DNA of 64,000 nucleotides from an uncultured Bacteroidales bacterium (GTDB taxonomy: Bacteria; Bacteroidota; Bacteroidia; Bacteroidales; VadinHA17): NCBI GenBank assembly GCA_963780735.1, contig CAWADB010000012.1:69354-133353 (forward strand), in the 5' to 3' direction. A program made the position numbers and the translations under genes. This document shows positions 58,791 through 64,000 of the stretch, in pieces (within the stretch, counting starts at the first letter, position 1; every line of letters starts with the position of its first letter). The notes beneath the pieces are model-generated. The model was not told the DNA's origin, did not search any database, and saw only the letters and a list, made by a program, of their open reading frames with translations.

Positions 58791-58889
58791 TCAACATCCT
58801 GCCTGAGTATTTCATTTATCTGATGCTGTGTGATTGTCCTTGCGGGGATTGTCATTTTTTTGCTATTTTGCAGCCAAATAAAGATTCAT

Positions 58890-59498
58890 ATGTCGCTCAG
58901 GAATAAATCTATCCTGCTGATCCTGCTGCTGCTCGTTGCTGATCAGACCTTCAAGATTCTCATTAAAACAAATATGGTCATTGGAGAAGAGTACTCCGTG
59001 ATCGGGCACTGGTTCAGGATCCATTTCCTGGAGAACAACGGCATGGCGTTTGGCATGGAATGGGGCGGCAAGGCCGGCAAGGCGGCCCTGAGTATTTTCA
59101 GGATGGTTGCCATAGCTGGAATCTGCTGGTACCTTATCAGCATCATAAAAAAGAAGGCTCATCCCGGCCTGGTTCTTTCAGTAAGCGTTATTGTTGCAGG
59201 GGCAATAGGCAACCTGATCGACAGCGCTTTTTACGGAATGATATTCAGCGAGAGCTGGCACACGCCTGCGATAATGTTTCCCGAAGGCGGAGGATACTCG
59301 TCATTTCTGCACGGCCGCGTGGTTGATATGCTCTATTTCCCGCTGATCGACACCCACTGGCCCGCCTGGTCACCGATAAGGCCAAATGAAACGTTTGTCT
59401 TTTTCAGACCTGTTTTTAATATAGCCGATGCGTCAATAACCACCGGTGTACTCATCATTCTGTTCTTCCAGAAAAAATTCCTGGGCGAGACAAAGTGA
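58890..59498 (+). CDS. lspA: Lipoprotein signal peptidase II
   Basis: 'NNGMAFG', 'GAIGNLIDS' and 'FNIADASI' are present. I prefer the start MSLRNKS. Confidence 0.9.
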   Translation: MSLRNKSILLILLLLVADQTFKILIKTNMVIGEEYSVIGHWFRIHFLENNGMAFGMEWGGKAGKAALSIFRMVAIAGICWYLISIIKKKAHPGLVLSVSVIVAGAIGNLIDSAFYGMIFSESWHTPAIMFPEGGGYSSFLHGRVVDMLYFPLIDTHWPAWSPIRPNETFVFFRPVFNIADASITTGVLIILFFQKKFLGETK

Positions 59499-59547
59499 AC
59501 ATTATCGACATTTTGTCTTATTTTTGAGATCTCTACCCGCACCAGAG

Positions 59548-60523
59548 ATGTCAACTCTCTCAGATATTAAGAAGCCTGTCGCTGCCGAAATGCGCGAGTT
59601 TGAATCTTATTTCAACCACACACTGAAGAGTGATATCCCCTTTTTCCACACCATCCTGAACTATGTCATCCGCAGGAAGGGCAAGCAGATGCGGCCACTG
59701 CTCGTGTTCCTGGCTGCAAAGCTCAACGGTACCGTCAACGAAACCACTTATGTCGCTGCCACATTCATAGAGCTGCTGCACACGGCAACACTTGTTCATG
59801 ACGATGTTGTTGACGACGCATCCGAGAGGCGGGGCCTGCCTTCCATCAATGCGCTCTACAATTCAAAAATAGCCGTTCTGGTAGGCGATTACCTGCTTGC
59901 GCAGGGACTGCTGATAAGCGTTGAGAAGAACAAGTTCAATATGCTCGGAATCGTCTCGGCAGCCGTTAAGGAAATAGTGAAGGGTGAGCTCGTGCAGCTT
60001 CAAAAGACGCGAAAACTGGATATCAGGGAAAAGGATTATTTCAGGATCATTTCAATGAAAACGGCGACCCTGATCTCAGCATGCACTGCCTGTGGTGCCA
60101 GCTCGGTCACTGATGACCAGGAGACAATTGCCCGGATGAAGTTGTTTGGTGAAAATATCGGCATAGCCTTCCAGATAAAGGATGATCTCCTCGACTATTC
60201 CGGCAACAGTCTTACCGGGAAGAGAGAGGGCAATGATATTAAGGAAAAGAAGATCACCCTGCCGCTCATTCATGCCCTTCGTGAAGCAGGGCCCGTTGAA
60301 CGGAGAAGGATCATCAGGATAATAAGAAAAAAGAAGAAGGGAAGGAAGGAGATTGAAAAGGTAATCGGGTTTGTAAAGGACCACAAAGGCCTGGAATATG
60401 CAGAATCAAAAATGAAGGAGTATTCCGACATGGCTATCCGGCAGCTCGATGCGTATCCTAGAATCAGAAACCAAATCGGCACTTATAGAATTTGTAATCT
60501 TTTCAACACTAAGAAAAACATGA
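59548..60523 (+). pseudogene. ispB: Long-chain polyprenyl (octaprenyl-type) diphosphate synthase with a +1 frameshift 63 nt before its stop
   Basis: 'LVHDDVVDD' and 'QIKDDLLDY' are present. After 'LDAYP' at about 60460, the family-typical C-terminus 'ESETKSALIEFVIFSTLRKT*' continues in the +1 frame and ends at TGA 60521-60523. Confidence 0.75.
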
Positions 60524-60960
60524 AAAGCGTTTCTCGTTTCCTGTCATTGGGCAAGTATGCCGTGGCAGGTGTTTCAAGGGACCCGAAGAAGTTCGGGCAG
60601 GTTGTGTTCAGGGAACTCCGTCAGAAGGGGATGGATGTTGTTCCCATAAATCCGAATGCGGACGTCATTGACGGAGTAAAATGCTTCAGTTCCGTCAGCG
60701 ATCTTCCGTCTGATGTCAGAGGCTTAATTCTTATGACTCCAAAAGGAGAGACTCTTACAGTCGCCAGGGAAGCAATCGCCCACGGAATAAAAGACCTGTG
60801 GGTCCAGCAAGGGGCAGAAACCAGGTCAACGATTGACGAACTGAAAAAGGAAGATATCAACCTGATCTCCAAAGAATGCATCATGATGTTCTGGAAACCG
60901 AACAGCGTCCATTCCTTTCACCGTTTTCTGAAGAAAATCTTCGGGGGACTGCCCGCTTAG
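60520..60960 (+). CDS. CoA-binding domain protein (YccU/YneT-like)
   Basis: 'YAVAGVSRDPKKFG', 'VVPINPN' and 'LWVQQGAE' are present. Its ATG forms an ATGA overlap with the out-of-frame ispB stop. Confidence 0.75.
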   Translation: MKSVSRFLSLGKYAVAGVSRDPKKFGQVVFRELRQKGMDVVPINPNADVIDGVKCFSSVSDLPSDVRGLILMTPKGETLTVAREAIAHGIKDLWVQQGAETRSTIDELKKEDINLISKECIMMFWKPNSVHSFHRFLKKIFGGLPA

Positions 60961-60994
60961 GCGAATATTTTCAATTCTCGCGAAGTTAAGACAA

Positions 60995-61037
60995 CAGATA
61001 ACACAGCGTTTTTCGCTGAAATTCAGGATGTTATCTG
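60995..61037. terminator. Nested inverted repeat between convergent genes (possible bidirectional terminator)
   Basis: The outer 9-bp stem CAGATAACA...TGTTATCTG encloses the inner hairpin CAGCG-ttttt-CGCTG. It lies between the CoA-binding gene and the uvrC stop. Confidence 0.35.
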
Positions 61038-61072
61038 AATTATTAATATTTTATGTTCCACGTGGAAATAAA

Positions 61073-62860
61073 TCATTTTTGAAGAGCTGCGGATAAAACT
61101 GCAGCTTTTTTTGTGCCGACAGCCTTTTCAAGCTCCTCCGGAGAGGCCTCGCTGATTTTTTTCACTGAGCCGAATTTTTTCAGAAGAAGCTCTTTAGTCT
61201 TCTCTCCTATTCCCGGAACTTCATCGAGAAATGACCGGTTCATTTTTGAGCTTCTTTTTCCGCGATGGAAATTTATACCGAATCTGTGAGCTTCGTTCCT
61301 CAGGTGCTGGATGACTTTCAGTGTTATGCTGTTTTTATCAAGGTAAAGCGGAACAGAATCCCCTGGGAAATAAATTTCCTCGAGTTTTTTGGCGATGCCG
61401 ATGACGGTCAGCGTTCCTCTCAGTCCCAGGCCGTCAATACTTTTCATGGCAGAAGAAAGCTGACCTTTTCCACCGTCGACGACTATCAGCTGGGGTAAAG
61501 GTGTTCCCTCTTCAAGCATTCTTTTATACCGTCGGCTGATCACCTCCTCCATCGAGGCAAAGTCGTCAGGTCCGGTAACCGTTTTGATGTTGAAATGACG
61601 GTATTCCCTGTTGCTTGGCCTGCCGTTGCGGAAGACAACACATGCCGCCACAGCCGATTCGCCCTGTATGTTTGAGTTGTCAAAGCACTCAATATGAGCA
61701 GGTAACGACGGCATATGAAGATCTTTTTTAATCTTCTCAAGATTACGTTCCGTGCGGTTTTCCTTAGACTTTTCTGCAGCTTTCTTCTGTCGTTCAAGCC
61801 TGAAGAACACAGCATTACGGTTCGCCAGTTCCAGGAGCTTATGACGGTCGCCACGCTGCGGTACTGAATACTTTACTTTATCTAACTGAATATCAGGCAT
61901 AAAGGGAACAATTACCTCAGGAGAATCGCTTGAAACTCTCTGCCTGATCTCTGTCACTGCAGTTGAAAGGACAGATTCTCTCTCTTCTTCAAGCCTCATT
62001 TTCAGCTCAATGGAATAAGTCTGCACTATGGCCCCAGCCACAACTTTCATGTAGCTGATATACATCGAAGCGTCATCTGATGAGCATCCGAAGACATCAA
62101 CATTCTTTACCGAAGTGTTGACAACTACCGATTTACTGCGGTATTTAGCGATGAGGTCAAGCTTTTCCTTGATCTTTTGCGCCTCTTCAAATTTCAGTTC
62201 GGCAGCGTACTTTTTCATCAGCGTCTCCAGATGCCCCGTCACGGCGCTTACGTCCCCCTTTATGATCTGTTTGATCTTGTCAATCTGCTGATTATGTTCA
62301 TCTTCGGTGACCAGACCTATGCACGGTCCCTTGCAGTTTCCGATATGATATTCAAGGCATACTCTGAATTTACCTTCGGCTATGGATTTCTGGTTCAGGG
62401 GCAGCGAACAGGTTCTGATCTGGAAGAGTTGTCTTATCAGTTCCAGCAGCGTGCGTACAGCCGGCACGGAGGTATATGGTCCGTGATAGGATGAGCCGTC
62501 GGCAATCAGTTTACGGGTCAGGAAAACGCGTGGAAAGTGCTCATTCTTAATGCATATCCAGGGATATGTCTTGTCATCCTTGAGAAGTATGTTGTAACGT
62601 GGCTGATGTTTTTTTATAAGATTGTTTTCAAGCAAAAGGGCGTCAGACTCATTGTCAACCACAACATGCCTGAGGTCTGCGGCGCGGGAGATCATTACCT
62701 GCGTTTTTCCCGACTGGTTAGCGGAGAAGTACGACGTAACGCGTTTTCGCAGACTGCGGGCTTTGCCGACGTATAATATGGTACCCCAGGCATCAATAAA
62801 CTGGTATACTCCCGGGCGGTCCGGAAGGGCATGCAATATGTCTTTCGCCTGTAATGTCAT
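61073..62860 (-). CDS. uvrC: Excinuclease ABC subunit C
   Basis: 595 aa with the GIY-YIG N-terminus ('GVYQFIDAWGTILYVGKA') and a C-terminal HhH ('VPGIGEKTKELLLKKFGS'). Confidence 0.95.
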   Translation of the reverse strand: MTLQAKDILHALPDRPGVYQFIDAWGTILYVGKARSLRKRVTSYFSANQSGKTQVMISRAADLRHVVVDNESDALLLENNLIKKHQPRYNILLKDDKTYPWICIKNEHFPRVFLTRKLIADGSSYHGPYTSVPAVRTLLELIRQLFQIRTCSLPLNQKSIAEGKFRVCLEYHIGNCKGPCIGLVTEDEHNQQIDKIKQIIKGDVSAVTGHLETLMKKYAAELKFEEAQKIKEKLDLIAKYRSKSVVVNTSVKNVDVFGCSSDDASMYISYMKVVAGAIVQTYSIELKMRLEEERESVLSTAVTEIRQRVSSDSPEVIVPFMPDIQLDKVKYSVPQRGDRHKLLELANRNAVFFRLERQKKAAEKSKENRTERNLEKIKKDLHMPSLPAHIECFDNSNIQGESAVAACVVFRNGRPSNREYRHFNIKTVTGPDDFASMEEVISRRYKRMLEEGTPLPQLIVVDGGKGQLSSAMKSIDGLGLRGTLTVIGIAKKLEEIYFPGDSVPLYLDKNSITLKVIQHLRNEAHRFGINFHRGKRSSKMNRSFLDEVPGIGEKTKELLLKKFGSVKKISEASPEELEKAVGTKKAAVLSAALQK

Positions 62861-62890
62861 ATTTGCAAACTATTGCCGATTGCCTGGTAT

Positions 62891-64000
62891 TCAGACAAAT
62901 AGCGGTACGTGTCTGAAAGCCAGGCCGTCAAACAGCCCCTTGTCGCTCAGTTTCAGCTCGGGGATGACGAGCAGGGCCATGAATGAAAGGGTCATGTAAG
63001 GCGCATCGAGCCTGCATCCCAGGCTTTTAACCGTCTCCGTCAGCCGCTCATACCTCTGTGCCATGGCCGTGACCGGCATATCAGACATGATGCCTGCCAC
63101 GGGCAGTTTCAGGATACCGGTTTCATCATCAGATACAACCGACATCCCTCCTTCCGCATCGACAATCATATTAATGGCTTCAGCAATTTCACGGTCGGTT
63201 ACTCCCACCGCAATAATGTTGTGGCTGTCATGCGCAACAGACGTCGCCATGGCTCCTTCCTTCAGCCCGAAACCCTTTATAAAACCAACCGCCGGTATCC
63301 CATCATGATATCTTTCCTTAATAACGATCTTAAGAATATCATCTTCAAGTCTGGGATAAACGACCGGGTCGCTGCCTGCGGATACTATTTCCGAAAACGT
63401 TGCCAGCTCGCCGTTGATTGCCACAATGACCCGCATCTGGTCCCCTTCCCTTTTGACCCGCAGGTCCTCCGCCCGTACTCTTGAACAGTTGAACTTATTG
63501 ATTTTTGACACTGTTCCAGGTGAAAACAGGGCTTTTTCTCCGTCGTAGACACAGGTCCCGTCAATCCATGTCTGCAGAACATTCATGTTTTCAGGATTAT
63601 CAACTACGATGAAATCTGCCGCATCTCCCGGCTTGAGAAGTCCCATTTTAATGCCGTAGTGATCAACTGCATTCACGGAAGCTGCACGCAGTACATCAAA
63701 CAGATTATACCCTTTGCGCACAAGTCTTGAAACTATTTTATTAATATGCCCCTTTGCCAGAGTTTCAGGGTGAAGGTCGTCAGTACAAATCATAACCCGA
63801 TCCGGATACAGGCTGATCAGCTTGTCAAGGGCATCGAGATTTTTTGCGGCGCTTCCCTCCCTTATCAGGATTTTCATTCCACCGGAAATTTTTTCCAGGG
63901 CCTCATCTATATCTGAGCATTCATGATCGGTAGTTATACCTGACTTAATATACTTCTTCAGGTCCTCCCCGGTAAGTCCGGGTGCATGTCCGTCAATCGG
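62891..64000 (-). CDS. ade: Adenine deaminase (5'-partial; continues beyond the window)
   Basis: 'VAHDSHNIIAVG' is present. The reading frame stays open upstream of the listed Met to the window edge ('PIDGHAPGLTGEDLKKYIKSGITTDHEC...'). Confidence 0.85.
   Translation of the reverse strand, partial: PIDGHAPGLTGEDLKKYIKSGITTDHECSDIDEALEKISGGMKILIREGSAAKNLDALDKLISLYPDRVMICTDDLHPETLAKGHINKIVSRLVRKGYNLFDVLRAASVNAVDHYGIKMGLLKPGDAADFIVVDNPENMNVLQTWIDGTCVYDGEKALFSPGTVSKINKFNCSRVRAEDLRVKREGDQMRVIVAINGELATFSEIVSAGSDPVVYPRLEDDILKIVIKERYHDGIPAVGFIKGFGLKEGAMATSVAHDSHNIIAVGVTDREIAEAINMIVDAEGGMSVVSDDETGILKLPVAGIMSDMPVTAMAQRYERLTETVKSLGCRLDAPYMTLSFMALLVIPELKLSDKGLFDGLAFRHVPLFV

Noticed and set aside
59446-60960. 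Reading the 504-aa ORF as a genuine bifunctional polyprenyl synthase-CoA-binding enzyme
   Set aside because: The +1 frame encodes the family-typical synthase C-terminus and stops in an ATGA overlap with the CoA-binding Met. The in-frame 'linker' looks like frame-shifted sequence. The first 34 codons upstream of MSTLSD overlap lspA and are not synthase-like.

Overview
This is a dense, mostly syntenic core-chromosome stretch of about 62 protein-coding genes. It looks like a Bacteroidota-type genome, inferred from gene families and from repeated TAnnTTTG '-7' boxes just upstream of several starts.

Main contents:
- A complete F1Fo ATP synthase locus (49-10360, minus strand). It has three extra genes at its head, a polyprenyl synthase between atpG and atpD, and a PLP decarboxylase coupled to atpC.
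- The yceD-rpmF-plsX-fabH operon.
- A module of two LiaF-like proteins with a LytS/LytTR two-component system.
- A seven-gene envelope cluster (17390-24495): e(P4) phosphatase, LolA-like protein, two FtsX permeases, ABC ATPase, beta-barrel OMP and a membrane methyltransferase.
- A repeat-bearing GH16-like protein.
- An ECF sigma / anti-sigma / OMP triad.
- A pepE-asmA-histidine kinase-U32 string.
- selU, a hybrid histidine kinase, rsgA and a PPi-type PFK.
- An FNR-like regulator.
- Housekeeping genes: dtd, deoC, hemD, rnpA, ctp, polA, queD, moaDE, fadD, lspA, ispB, uvrC, ade.

I could not find any rRNA, tRNA, CRISPR array, transposase, integrase or recognisable defence system.

Three genes are interrupted by apparent +/-1 frameshifts: an OMP, an FtsX permease and ispB. 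At least one lies in a homopolymer, so sequence quality has to be considered before calling them pseudogenes.

Nothing here is unambiguously a new system. The best uncharacterised, system-like candidates are the LolA-like/ABC/OMP cluster, the LiaF-LytTR module, the ECF triad, the catalytic-motif-lacking GH16-like repeat protein, and the unusual decoration of the ATP synthase operon. All calls come from reading the translations and sequence by eye; no searches were run.
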